The notes: generated by a model from the sequence alone, not told the origin. Shown: positions 11,687-24,961, counted from the stretch's first letter. The stretch: 64,000 bases of DNA from Eledone cirrhosa (GCA_964016885.1 OZ024741.1:358856001-358920000), one strand, 5' to 3'. A program made the numbers and translations.

Positions 11687-14600
11687 TCTGTATATATATA
11701 AATCTGTAGTTTTCTGTATGTATGTGTGTGTGGACAATTTTTAATGAGGGCTCATATATTCTAAACCATTCATGCGATTTCTTTGAAAATGTTTACAGAG
11801 CTTCTCCTTGCACAAAACCTGTACATGATCTACAAAGGCTTTCAAAAATCGATATTGGGGCCTTTGGAGACATTAAAAAAGTGTTGGTTATTTGTATGAA
11901 TGTTCGTGATTAAGTAAGACAAGAGTTATCTTTCGTAATTCGGCTCATTCGGATTTTAATTTACTCTTTCTACTTGAAACAAAGAGACTAACAATATCAT
12001 TTTGTATATTTCACAACCAGCAATTTCTAACAGATGACTAAGTTAAGTTATAGATTTGACATTGCATAATTTATCGTTTCAAGCTTGATGTTCATACATT
12101 AAATGATGTCATAACTTTTACAATATTATGCTTAAATTTATCTAAAGGATGGTTTATACATTAAAGACTTAGAATTATTCTATTTTTTCGCATTGATTAG
12201 ACTACGTTTCTGACACATAATTTAGTTATTAACTTACATACCCTGTACATTTCGAACGCTCTACCGCTACATGTACTTCAAATACATTTTACAATTAATC
12301 TTTATTTTTACATTCGATTGTGTTATATTGTGTCTACTTTACACATTTCGTTTCGATGCCTCGTGGAAAAAAAAGAAGTTGCTTCAGCAGATTGTCGACC
12401 GGTGTGGTTAAGGAAAAGCAGCGTCGAGCTAATGAAACTGAGGAGCAGAGAACAACTACGTTATCGACATTAGCTGCCTACAACGCAAGACTCAATACTT
12501 CGTATTCATCACATCGATACTCAGTAGAAAAACTTGCGGCCTGTATGGCAAAAAATGCACAAACCACTGCTGCTTCACGATCAAACGAGTCTACAGAGGA
12601 ACGTACTATTCGGTTAGCGCTGAATGCTACCGCGACTGCTGCCTCAAGAGCTGCGGAGACACCTGAGCAGCGTGCAACTCGAAGAAAACGCAATGCTGCC
12701 GCGACTGCTGCCTCAAGAGCTGTGGAGACACCTGAACAACGCATACGTCACCAGGCTTCCGATTGTGCTTATCGGACTGCTGCGATAGCTTCTGAAACAT
12801 CACTGCTCGCGTTTTTCATCTTAAAGTTCGTAAAATGATTGATTTGTTTAAATGTGGTGTAATTTTCGGGCCGATCAAATGTTTTATGTATACTGTTGAA
12901 TGGCAAAAACGTGGTCTACCTCACGCCCACATCTTACTCTGGCTACAAAGCAAACTACGTGGACACAGTCATAAGTGCAGAATTTCCAAATCCGAATGAA
13001 GACCCCCAGTTGTACGAAATCATTCGAAAAAATATGGTTCATGGGCCATGCCGGCACTTTAATTCTACGTCTTCATGCATGGCAAACGGAAAATGCACTA
13101 AGAAATATCCACGAAAGCTTTTGGCTGAGACGATCACAGGTAACGACGGTTACCCATTATATCGCAGAAGAGCTCCTGGACATGGCGGTTTCACAGCAAC
13201 AATCAAACATGGATCTAACCGAGAATTTACAATTGACAATCAATGAGTTGTTCCACATAACAAGATGCTACGCAAGACATTTAATGCTCATATTAACGTT
13301 GAATATTGTAACTCAGTTAAATCTATACGTTACGTTTGCAAATGCGCCAATAAGGGATCCGATAGAGCCGTCTTTCAAGTGGCACAAACAGGAACAGCAG
13401 ATGAGGTAGAACTGTTTCAAATAGGGTGTTATATCTCAATCAATGAGGCAGTTTGGAGAACGTTTGGTTTCCCTATACACGAGCGATTCCCCCCTGTTCA
13501 ACATCTCAGTGTTCACTTAGAGGAAAGCAGAGAATTTACTTCACTGAAGAAAACTTACGTCAATAGGTTCTTGCCCCACGTAGGACAACTTTGACTCCAT
13601 TTTTCGAACTCTGTACGGTTCACTTATACGCAAAACTCTTCTGTATGTTGATGTTCCTCATTATTATTCTTGGAACCACTCAACTTGCTTATGGCAAAGA
13701 AGAAAACAGGGCCGATTCAGATCCAGAAAGTGACACAATAGGACACGTCTATACTGTTCATCCTTTGAACTTCGAATGCTTCCATCTTCGACTGCTGCTT
13801 CACGTTGTACGTGGACCAACATCCTTTGAAGCCCTTCGCACAGTGAACGGTCAATTATGAAAGACATTCAAGGACGCCTGCTTTAAACGGGGACTCATCG
13901 ATACGGACAACCATTATGAGAGTACACTTGAGGAAGCGTCTCTCCGTCGAAGCTTCGGCATCTATTCGCTATTATGCTGGTTTTCTGCAACTTTGTTAAC
14001 TCACCTTTGTTGTGGAATAAATACAGGGACCACATGTGCCACGATATATGGCTTCAAACCTGTCAAGCTACCGAAAATTCCACCACTGCTTTTACCCCCT
14101 CTATGTATAACGCTGGTCTAATTATCTTGGAGGACTTAGTTGTGGCAATTGGAGGCATACTGCCTCCCTTCTCCGGATAGAAACCAAGAGCAAACTTTTA
14201 ATCGACTCCTCCTTAGAGAAACCAGCTACGACAAAACCAAGCTTCGACAATACGTAGCTGTCAACGAGCCTCTCCTTAATCCAGATCAAGAATCTGCATA
14301 CAAATCCGTTCTAAACAAGGTATACAGCAATACTGGCGGGATTATCTTCATAGATGCACCTGGAGGGACCGATAAAACATTTCTGCTTAATCTTATTCTT
14401 GCTAATGTAAAGCAGAATGGCGACATTGCACTTGCTGTTGCCTCTTCCCGTATAGCTGAGACTCTTTTAGAAGGTGGGCGCACAGCACACTCGACCTTCA
14501 AGCTGCGACTGAACGTCGCCCATCAAGAGAATCCCATCTGCAATATATCACATAGTTCTGACGAAACTGCTCTGTTGAAAAGCTGTAAACTAATTGTGTG

Positions 14601-15998
14601 GGATGAGGCAACCATGTCCCATAAAGGCTCTCTTCAGGCACTAGATGCCACAATGAAAGATCTTAGATCTAATGACAATATATTTGGAGGAGCCACTCTT
14701 CTTCTCGCAGGTAACTTCAGACAGACACTTCCCGTGGTACCAAATGGATCACCTGCTTATGAAGTGGACGCCTGCTTAAAAAAGTCCTCTTTTTGGCAGT
14801 TTGTTGAGGTACAAAAACTAACAATTAATATGCGATCGCTATTACAAACTGGTCGTCCGTCTACGCCATTTTCCACTCAACGCCTCCAAATCGGTGATGG
14901 TCAACTTGAGTCCGACGACAATGGATACATTGACACTTCTAGCATTGGCGGCTCAGTCTCAACGCCCGATGACTTATGTTCTTCAGTTTATCCAAATCTT
15001 TCAACTGAATTCATGAATCCTGATTGGCTTTGTGAGAGGGCTATTCTTGCACCCACAAATGCTGCTGTTAAGCTGATCAATCACGAAATAGTTGGTCAGT
15101 TGCCCTCTATTCAACGCTGTTACAAGTCAGTTGACACTGTTACAGACTTTGATCAAGTGACCAACTTCCCAACAGAGTTTCTTAACTCTCAGGATCCTCA
15201 AGGACTACCTCCTCACGAGTTGTATCTAAAAGTTGGAGCTCTTGTTATCCTGCTACGTAATTTAAACCCCCACCCACTCACCCTTCTTTGTAATGGAACA
15301 AGACTGGTGGTAAAGCAACTGATGAACCTTGTAATTGAGGCAGAAATAATCACAGGACCCGGGCGAAATGAATCTGTTTTTATTCCCAAAATTCATTTTA
15401 CCCCTTCTGATTGTCCATTTCCCATGAAAAGGTTACAATTCCCACTCAAGCTTCGTATTGCAATGACCATAAACAAATCTCTTAAAGTTGTTGGTCTGGA
15501 TTTTCGAACCTATTGCTTTTCACATGGTCAGTTTTACGTTGGCTGTTCTTGAGTTGGTAATCCTGACAACCTATTTATTTATGCTCCTGACGGGAAAACC
15601 AAAAATGTTGTGTATAAATCTGCCCTTCAATAATCCAAAAGACAATGAGTGCTCCCACCTCTTTTTATAATGATTTGCTCATCCATCAGTTCCCCGCTGT
15701 TATGTCCAATCTGTATTGTTATTCCAACCTATCTACATAATAGTGTCTATTATTCACTTCACTTCTCTATTTCATGATGCGCTTTTACTGTTGTCAAAAA
15801 AATGTATACCTAGACTGGATTTCTGTTGTTAGATGGTATAACGGATGACACTGAGCTCACATATTAATTATTTCGCTGGAATAGTGCCTAAGGTTTTCAT
15901 GTTTACATAAAGTACGTTTTTCTTCCATGTATTCAAATTTACTTTATTTAGTTTAATGAGCTACATCGAAAGCTACTTGAACCGTAGTAGTTTAGCTA
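11687..15998 (+). mobile_element. Helitron, decayed but with both termini
   Basis: 5' A|TCtgtatatatataaa; 3' hairpin aagctact-N8-agtagttt then CTAG|T. Internal ETxEQR repeats, HUH motif YTVEWQKRGLPHAHILLWL (~12888-12945), MVHGPC, HINVEYCNSVKSIRYVCK, and a PIF1 helicase. Confidence 0.93.
14140..15630 (+). pseudogene. Helitron PIF1-family helicase domain, degenerate
   Basis: FIDAPGGTDKT (Walker A with G>D), GGRTAHSTFKL, IVWDEATM, GNFRQTLPV, ILLRNL, LCNGTRL, RLQFPL..AMTINKS, FSHGQFYVGCS, then a premature stop. Confidence 0.92.
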
Positions 15999-16009
15999 GT
16001 TAGAAGTAT

Positions 16010-16175
16010 AATTGTTTCTACTTTTAGCACAAGGTCAGCAATTATCCCAGTGCATTACTGGTGCTTTATTTCATCGACCCCATAAGGATGAAAAGCAAAG
16101 TTAACCTCAGCGAGATTTGAACTCAGATCGTAAAGGAGCGTAACTCTATGCTGCAAAGCCTGGCGTCCGACCGTC
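16010..16175 (-). mobile_element. SINE family A copy
   Basis: Reverse complement of the family A core, with a tRNA B-box-like gagttcaaatc. Confidence 0.85.
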
Positions 16176-16179
16176 ATTA

Positions 16180-19010
16180 CAAATATAATCTCGTTCATAA
16201 ACCCAAATATAGACGCATAAAAGATACATAAATTAACATTAAATAAAGAAGAAAAAATAGGGGAGGGGGCATTCACCATTAAATGCGGCAGTCGGCCGCA
16301 CATCACATCATAAGAGTTAACTAAAAACTTTGAGGCAAGCCAATACACTCGCAGCATTGCCACAGGTGATGGCGAGGCTAGGGCGTTGAAACAACCAGGC
16401 GCCCTCACTGGCATCATCTGACACCTCAGTAAAACGAGCCGTCAGTGATGACAAGAACTTCGCTGTCAGCGGCTCAATTCCACCAAACGACTTGAACACC
16501 ACAGGCTGGAATAAGTAGATAAATCCAGGTTATTTACGAATTTTATTCCGTTCGGCAACGGAAGCAGTAACCCCCACATTTACTGCGGCGGCTATGATGT
16601 GGAAGGAAGCAGAGTCACTGACTGTGACGTCCCGGTTAAGACACCTACCTCTTACACAGGGACAAAGGGTTAGGCCGTCTGGTCTCTCCCCATCACTTCT
16701 GGATAAACCAACCGGCTCCAGAACTGAGGGGATATTTATCCGAGCCAGGGCCCGTTTAATGATTAGGTTTAGCTCGGTGTGGCGGGAGAAACCACCAGCA
16801 TTCAGGCGGCAGGACAAGCCATGTAGACCTGTGGAATCGAGGGACCTACCACAGCGACATATCTGACCCCCACAGACGTCGGCTCTCACACGAAGTGCAA
16901 TGGAGATGCGGAGTTCGTCTTGACTGAGAAGGCCACCAATGTTGGCTACAGGCAACTCCCTCGAGAACTTAGCGCTTGCAGAAAGTAAGCGGCACCTAGA
17001 AAATTGATCAGAATGATCAAAGAGAGTTAAAAGTTTCCCTCGAACGTAGATTGTACCATACTCTCTGCTTCCGTCTATCCTCACCAGTAACGGGAACTGA
17101 CAAACCCAGCTCTCACCACTGAAGTAAAGCTTCATCCATCTCCCTGGTGTAACTAGTCCAAGTTGAGAAGGAGAGGATGTCACCCACTAAAGGGGAGCAG
17201 GCGTTGGTGGAGGAAAGAAAACAAGGTAGAGACAAAGATGTGCATTTGCGCAGACCGAGACCTCTAAACCATTTGGGCAAGGCAGCTTGGTGGCAGGACT
17301 CTGGAGAGAGTCGGACATTGACCAAACCCTCAAGCTCACTGAATATTAAATCGTCAAAGCGTTGGAGAGATGACAAGAATTTATAAGAGGGACTGACTCT
17401 GAGGAAATACAATTTAGGGATTGACAAATAATTTCTAAGTATAAAACCTTGGTGAGGCTAAATGACTTCAAGGTTTTTTAAAAGTTGCTCGAGGTTAGCT
17501 AACTTAAATAGAAAGATGGTCTCGAAGGCTTGGTCAGTAATTGGGGCTCCAAGGAAGCACCATGCTGATGAGGGAGGATCTGCACTGGAGGAGAAGGGCT
17601 CTGTGAACAGGTCAATAGTCTCTTGATGTGAAGCTGGGTGGTTGAGGAGCCAGAGCTCGCCTTTGGAACTGTTGACGTGAAGGATTCTATGACCCAGCTC
17701 CTCAATCATCGTCTTCGTGGTTGCAAGGACCTTGTCTTGAGGACCCTCCAAGCAAGCATCATCCAGATACCAGACATTCAAATCCACGTCAGATCCCATC
17801 TTGGTGATGTCACCAATTCCCAGTGTGAAAAGAGCAGGTCCGAGCAGGTCACCCTGTCGGACCCCTGTGGAAGATAGTAGGAAATGGTCGCCGAAGGTGA
17901 GGTAGTACGGATCCCGACGGGCTTGCTAAGCAAAGTGGTAAAGCTGCGTGGCCCTCTCCTTTTCTGAACGGACGATGACAACCCGACTGATGTCATTGAA
18001 AGCATTCTAGAGATCTAGCTGGAAGATAACCTTGAGGGTTTCAGAAGGCAAGTTGGTAAATACTCTGGTGGCGTGAGCGGCAGCCTTACAACCCCACTTG
18101 GTACCCACCCCTAGCTGAATAGGCGAAAATTCTGCGGACAGGCTGTCTGAAATCGAAGACAGGCATACTTTCGCAGTGAGCACCCAGCTGCTATGGGGTC
18201 GAGGTCACCGTTGAGCTTTGTGAGGTCAAACAGTTTAACCCCAAAGAACAGGGGTCGAATAAAAGGGAAGACATTCTCAGACAAGAACAGGTTGATGACA
18301 TGGGTGAGGTTCTCTAAGAGCTCTAGACCGGTGTCCTCGGTTGACAAGGAGACAACATCCTTTAGGTGCTGAGGTCGAAGACCACCAATCTCTGCAGAGG
18401 ATGTTTCACTCTCAGTCGGTTGAGTGAAACTGTAGTGCACTGGGCGATGGATGACAGAGAGGAGAGGAGGCGAACAGTCCATTTAATATCAAATTCATTG
18501 AATTTGGCGTTGACGGCCGCCTTTAAATTCGGTGGTCGTCAATTGATTGGAACTGAGTTGATCACCGACCTGAGATGAACAGTAGTTGGGGTTGAATTAA
18601 ACAACTCGAACTGACGTTTTAGGAAAGATGTGAGGGGTCGGATTTCGCGTTGGATACATGGAGAGAGACTAAGGGGAACAAGAATAGTTTCTGCTAATCT
18701 GGGATGTTGTTAGATAGGCAGACGTTCTTCAAAACTGGTACGAGCTCCCTTTGGGATCCTGTTGATGAGTTTCAACTTAGACAATCCCGTAGGGCAGCAG
18801 CAAAGTCCTCAACAGAAATCTGAACGTCAGAGTTAGGTTCTGACCCGCAAAGTAAATCGAAGCTGAAGTGACATTAGTTAGTTTAAGAAACTTTCAGCTT
18901 GAACGTTAGTGATGCCAACGCAGCTCGTGTGATAGCTTAGGCGATAGGAGTGACATGCGATTGTCTTTAGGTATCGGCTGGTTCGGGAGCAAAAAACGTT
19001 GTTTGGTGAT
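16180..19010 (-). mobile_element. Near full-length decayed CRE-clade non-LTR retrotransposon
   Basis: In order on the minus strand: a Cys/His N-terminal patch (~18910-19000), RIPKGAR, GLRPQHLKD, QLGVG..AAAHATR, DLENAFN, RQGD.LGPALF, WYLDD, FLGAPI, LP...GLGLR, CRCG..D..GLHGLSC, RH..LN, EPVGL.R.DG.RPDG, GAWLFQR..GNAASVL. Many stops and frameshifts. Confidence 0.93.
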
Positions 19011-19011
19011 G

Positions 19012-19420
19012 AATTGAAGTTTGGCTGCTGACAGCGAAGTTCTTTTCATCGCTGGTGGGTCGCTTTATTGTGGTGTCAGGTTATGCCCGTGACGGTGCCT
19101 GGTTGTTTCAGAGATTTAGCCTTGCCATCACTCGTGGTAATGCTGCGAGTGTGTTGGCTTGCCTCAAAATATTCCACAGACCCTTGTGATGTGCGGCCGA
19201 TTGTCGCACTTGGTGGATAATTGATAGTCGTTTTCGTTTCCCCCTTTTTTTCTTTTTTCTTTCTCTCGCTCTGGTCATGCGTTTTGGTGCGTTGTTTTTG
19301 TGAGGTTCCTGGCAATGGGTAATTGTATTTGTTATATGCGTTTATATTTGCATTTATTAACGACATCATATTTGTAATGTTATTCTGAAAGAATTGTGAG
19401 CATTTTGTAATGTTATTTAT
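19012..19420 (+). mobile_element. CRE element 3'-end fragment
   Basis: GAWLFQRFSLAITRGNAASVLACLK plus the same 3' UTR motif as 6265-6740. Confidence 0.8.
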
Positions 19421-19630
19421 GTGTATATATATATATATATATGATCTAATAAAAATTGCCACCGCTTTTCAGAATATATCATTGTGTATGTATGGATATT
19501 GATTATGCGAATTGTCTCATAACATTTTCGAATCAATCGACGTACAACTCCTTTGAAACATGTGTAAAAAATCAAGTATGATAAAAGATAATTTTTCTAT
19601 CTATATACTTGTCGATATATATATATATAT

Positions 19631-20062
19631 AAATAAATTAACGGAGTCATAAACTCGCGTTGGTTCCTGTAATTTATGAGTTCAAAGGAAAGAGAATCCT
19701 GGGCTCTTTAAATATAATATATAGAAAAGATAATTGTTTCTACTTTAGGCACAAGGCCAGCAATTACTGGTACTTTATTTTATCGACCTCGTAAGGATGA
19801 AAGGCAAAGTCAAAAGATAATACACGAGAATATGGTGGATAAATTCATTCTGATTTATATTTTTAATTATTATGCATCTACCTCACTTTTCTCAGTTTAT
19901 AGATTCTATACACTGGTAGTTTTCCCTGTACATTGATAAACACACACTCTCTCTCGTGTATTATCTTTTCTATATATTATATTTGAAGAGCCCAGGATTC
20001 CCTTTCCTTTGAGCTCATAAATTACAGGGACCAACGCGAGTTTATGACTCCGTTCATTTATT
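19631..20062. repeat. Inverted repeat with ~120-bp arms; the left arm is interrupted by a SINE
   Basis: aacggagtcataaactcgcgttggt...gaaaagataat is mirrored at 19952-20062. SINE A fragment 19735-19811 is flanked by the 10-bp TSD aaaagataat. Confidence 0.9.
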
Positions 20063-20402
20063 TTGATATATTGCTCCTAATAACAGTCTTCTCTCTGTTT
20101 ATATCGAGCTCCCTTATTTGAGTGGGTTTGGGAGGTGTTTACTAGCGGCTCACCCCACCCAAGCCACTAGTTTACTGTCCCATGCACACATTTTCTTCTC
20201 TGTACCACGTGTTGCAAAGCAGTTCTCTTAGAGTTGTATGGAATGTATTCACTTAACACGCGCGCTGATGAACGTGGGGGTTTCTTTCCATACACTAATC
20301 TTTTGGCGAAACAAATGTTGAGGGTTGGTGAAATAAATTACAACCACTACAGGAATTGAATAATCAAAACCTTAGCGGTATGTCGCATATCCAATCTCTC
20401 AT

Positions 20403-20465
20403 TATTTTATCTGATGAAAACGTACTAAAATACAATTGTACCTTTGAAATATGTATAATAAAATA
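20403..20465 (+). ncRNA. Minimal type I hammerhead ribozyme motif
   Basis: tattttat-CTGATGA-aaacgtac-taaaatacaatt-gtaccttt-GAAA-tatgta-TA-ataaaata. Stem I is a perfect 8 bp; same family as 54781-54842. Confidence 0.8.
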
Positions 20466-21254
20466 TATATTTTGGTTATGAGAATATTTTTCATTTATTA
20501 ATATTTTGAATAATATATATATATATATGAGATTATTGGCGCGCGAAGATATAATCTCATATATTCAAGAGAACGAACGAAAACAAGGCAAAACGAAAAA
20601 CAATTTTGTCAATAGCATTTCATGACATTCAGAGATTTTGTATATTGAATAAATAAAATTTAGGAAAAGACAACTCGGAATAAAATGAACGGCCAAGATG
20701 TTATAGGAGTTATCCCCCTTGCATTTGTTTTTCTTATAAAAATCATACTTCGCAAAGGAAGTAATTGTGTGAATAACTTGAACATATGTATGTATCGTAA
20801 CTTAACGGTTTAAAAAATGAAAACGATAAAATAAGTACTAGGGCCGATATGATCGACTAAATTAAAGTGATGCCCCACCGTGGCCGCTGGCTAATGACTG
20901 TATCACGTAAAAGAATGGAAGAGGCTATGTAGCGGTAAGAGTTGCAGCCTTTTACGGTCTGAGTTAAAACAATTTGAAATCTTTTCCACCATCAATTTTA
21001 AAATCATTTAGTCGTCAATTCGTTACGTACATTACGCTTTAGTTACATACACATAAATAATCATTCACACAGTTGAATATCATCTCATTGCCCTTGCAAT
21101 ACCTTTAACAGAACTAATTCCTCTCTCATGTATTTGGATCAAATGTCTGGTCTGATGATAACACTACATGTGCTGCTTCTTTGAGTCATGCTTTTTTCCT
21201 ACCTGGGTGGTGTGATAACTTGAAATTAAGACTAGAGAAAAATGAGTCAACTAT

Positions 21255-21695
21255 CATCATCATCATCATTTTTACGTTCACTTTTCCATGCTTGAATGGG
21301 TTGGACGGGTCCTTCTCAGTATGGCATCTCTCCATTTCTTGCGTTCCGTCGTTATCTCCTCTGCCAGTATTAGCGATGAGGTAAGCTTTCACTACCTCTG
21401 CCCAGGTCTTTCTTAGTTGTCCTCTACTGCAGCCTTCTTCCACTGGGATTTCCTGTCATTTATTCACCCATTGGTCATTGTCCATACCAATACAGTCTTC
21501 TCTCCTGCTCACCATCTCGGCTTCTTCTTAAGCTCAACCAAGAAAGACCTGGGCAGATCTTGTGAGAACTGACCTCAAATCACTAAGACTAGCAGATGAG
21601 AAGGAACATGACAAGTGGAGAGATGCCATGCTGAAAAAGATCCATTAAATCCATGTAACCATGGAAAAGCGGATGTAAAAAATAATGATGATGAT
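21255..21695. mobile_element. Two diverged RTE 3' fragments back to back (minus 21255-21530, plus 21535-21695)
   Basis: Both carry KTWA-type ORF ends and the ...catggaaaag.gga.gtaaaa.(gat)n terminus. Confidence 0.8.
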
Positions 21696-22449
21696 GTGTG
21701 TGAAATAAGGTACCTTGTTACAGAATCACCAATATATCATGCCTGTGAAATAAGGTAGCCTATTATGGAACCACCAACAATCTGTCAGTGGAATATGGTG
21801 CCCCATGTCTGTGAAATATGGCACTGTATAATGGAACCAGTATTTGCTCTGACTGTGCTCTGAATTCAAATCCTGCTGTGATCAACTTTGCTTTTCTTTC
21901 TTCTGGGATCAAGTGCAGGTCTTGGTTCTTTTCTCTCTCTCAGAATAATATATGTTGCACTATTAGACCTCACGCACAGCTTCCATTTCACCAGAAAAGT
22001 AGAAGGTTTAGCGGCTAACAACAGCTTCTCATAAAAATAAAAATGCTGTGCCATACTGATTCTACTTGGGAACACATTAAGAGTACACATATTTGTGGAA
22101 TACTTAAACTTTCCTAACCCATGTGAGCATAAGACATGGACGTAAAACGGTGGTAAAGATGATAATGATGATTTTATATATATATATAAGTAGTAATGGG
22201 AGCAATTGGATTGCGTTCACAGTCTACATGTGAAAGCACATATCCGAGAAGCTTTCAATTCCAGAGTCTGGAATGAACATAATCGATCATTCATGCTGAT
22301 CGGCAGTGAAACATATGTAATAAAATATGTATATGATGCAACACTGATTCTTTGTTCCCTAATTGTTATATATATATATATATATATAGTCAAATGTAAC
22401 ATATTAAATATGTTAGAATTATGTGCTTCTCAATAACCAAACTCAAAAA

Positions 22450-22960
22450 ACATTATCCAGAGCAATAATAAGTCAAATGTAGAAGATATATGTATATATA
22501 CAGAGAGAAAGAACCATATATTCAGAGAAGACATAGTATATTGTACATATACTAAATACATATTACAGAGAATATCTACTCAAGATGAAATCAATAGCGC
22601 TATTTCATATCCTGTAGAATATAATTTAAAATCAATGTATACAATCGGTTAGTGATCACAAACTATCGATTGTAATTAAACCACAGTATCTTCAGAATAC
22701 TCATCAGGGGTACAGTCTTACAGCATTCTAATAGAAATATAGAAGCAAAAAAATAGTATATGGAGCAATATTCTTGCAGATATCAGGATATGAAATAGCA
22801 TTATGGGGTCACTATTGATTCCATCTTGAGTAGATATTCTCTGTAATATGTATTTAGTATATGTACAATATACTATGTCTTCTCTGAATATATGGTTCTT
22901 TCTCTCTGTATATATACATATATCTTCTATATTTGACTTATTATTGCTCTGGATAATGTT
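22450..22960. repeat. Inverted repeat, ~160-bp arms and ~170-bp spacer, probably Penelope-derived
   Basis: acattatccagagcaataataagtc...tcaagatgaaatcaatag..ctatttcatatcctg is mirrored at 22785-22960. The spacer has CTGATGA on the minus strand. Confidence 0.9.
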
Positions 22961-23149
22961 ATTCTTATCTGTAATATGTATTTAATATATTTACAATATA
23001 CTATGTCTTCTTTGGATATATTTATATAACCCATGCTAGCATGGAAAATAGATGTTTAATGACGATGATGGTGATGATGATGATATATATATAATCGTGT
23101 CTCTTTCATAGTATCATTCGACAAAATCATTTCAATGTTGCACAATATA

Positions 23150-23318
23150 CCATATTTCCCGGCGCTGAAGACGCTTCGTCCTCGAGGTTGCACCCTAATT
23201 TTGACAGCCAAAAATTTGAAAAAAAAATAATAAACAACCTTTGGCCTCCAGGACGCATGGTAGATTATTGAGACTTATTTGAGGAAAAAAGTAGCGTCTT
23301 CAACGCCAGGAAATACGG
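23150..23318. mobile_element. Tc1/mariner (pogo-like) MITE
   Basis: TA|ccatatttcccggcgctgaagacgct ... agcgtcttcaacgccaggaaatacgg|TA. Confidence 0.85.
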
Positions 23319-24309
23319 TATGCCAGGTGTATTTATCTCAACAGTTTTTCAAAGTAACAAAGGCTGCACACAGACACACCCACATAACAGTGATGATGAT
23401 GAAATACTAATTTGACCAAAGATTATAACACAAACACCATATAATTTGCTTTTGTTTTATGTAATTTTTTCATTTGTTTTTTTTGTTAATGTTTTTTTTT
23501 TTTTACAGATTCATACAACATATATAATTTTATTTATTTTGGTGATGCTTTTGTTTTTCATTAAAAAATATTTATAACTATATAATGCATATATGATGGT
23601 AATTTTCAAGCATGTACAAACATATGTATTCTTTCAGTTCATATTTTTGATCTTTTCTTTAATTTATTTCAAAGTAATTCATTTATTTGTTCATTTATTT
23701 GTTCATTTATTTCGATTTAAAATTTTTTGTCTCTAATGATGAAAACGTCATTTGCATGTATGTATAAACAAATATATGTATGAAATTTTAAGAATAGGAG
23801 TGGCTGTTTAAATAAAGATTAACCACATGTGACTAGGAAGATTATATAATCTTTCAGTCTTGTTAATCTTGTCTTTGGAGATATATAATGCTCTTTTACT
23901 TGTTTTAGTCATTAGACTGTGGCTATGCTGGGACGCAGCCTTGAAGGGATTTAGTTAATTATATTGACCGCAGTACTGTTTTTTTTCATGCCAGATACTT
24001 ATTTATTTCAATAGTTTTCCTTGAACCTCTAAGATTCAGGGACATAAACAAACTAATATATATATATATATATATACAATAGAATAACCCAACATTATAG
24101 TAGAAGACACTTTCCCAAAGTTTCAAACAGTGAGACTGGACCTGGAACCATATGGTTGAACTCCTTAACCACACAGCCATGTCTGCCACCATATGTTACA
24201 ATGGATCTCCTATTGTCATCAGGTGTCTTATTAGTGTTACTACTGTATACATGTGTTTTATATACACACACACACATATATGTATATATACATATATACA
24301 TATATATAT

Positions 24310-24340
<31 letters not shown>

Positions 24341-24354
24341 CATATATATATATA

Positions 24355-24850
24355 TCATCATCATCATCATCATCAGGTTTAGCGTCCGTGTTCCACGCTT
24401 GCATGGGTTTGGACGGGGGTTTTCCCACTTGAGGCAAGAGTGGTTGTCTTGCTCGCATAGGACTGTCTGGCGGGTTTTCTACAGTTGGATGCCCTTCCTA
24501 ACACCAACCACATTTACAGTGTGGGGCTGGGAGGTTTTTACCGTGTTGCCTACACGGCCACATTACAGCGTGGACTGTCTGGCGGGTTTTCTACAGCTGG
24601 ATGCCCTTCCTAACACCAACCACATTTACAGTGTGGGGCTGGGAGGTTTTTACCGTGTTGCCTACACAGCCACATTTACAGCGTGGACTGTGTGTTTTTT
24701 GTCGTGACACCTACACGATCTCATTTGTTTCGGCCTGGATGTTGTGGGACCAACATAACTTTACATTGAAAGGGGCGGAGGTGGTGGGACGGGGGTGTGT
24801 TTTGATAGAGATGCCTACTGACTGTAGTAGGTTTTTACTTTGTATTTAGG
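24355..24850 (-). mobile_element. RTE 3' UTR fragment with an internal ~113-bp tandem duplication
   Basis: Nearly identical to 58031-58430, but ggactgtctggcggg...cacattacagcgt is present twice (~24470-24690). Confidence 0.88.
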
Positions 24851-24851
24851 T

Positions 24852-24894
<43 letters not shown>

Positions 24895-24961
24895 CATATA
24901 TATATACATATATATATATACATATATATATATATACATATATATATATACATATATATAT

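Noticed and set aside
14140-15552. Host PIF1 helicase gene
   Set aside because: Intronless, located between Helitron Rep motifs and the CTAG terminus, with damaged catalytic motifs.
22640-22712. Minus-strand hammerhead in the inverted-repeat spacer
   Set aside because: CTGATGA and a short stem are present, but no GAAA or stem III follows.
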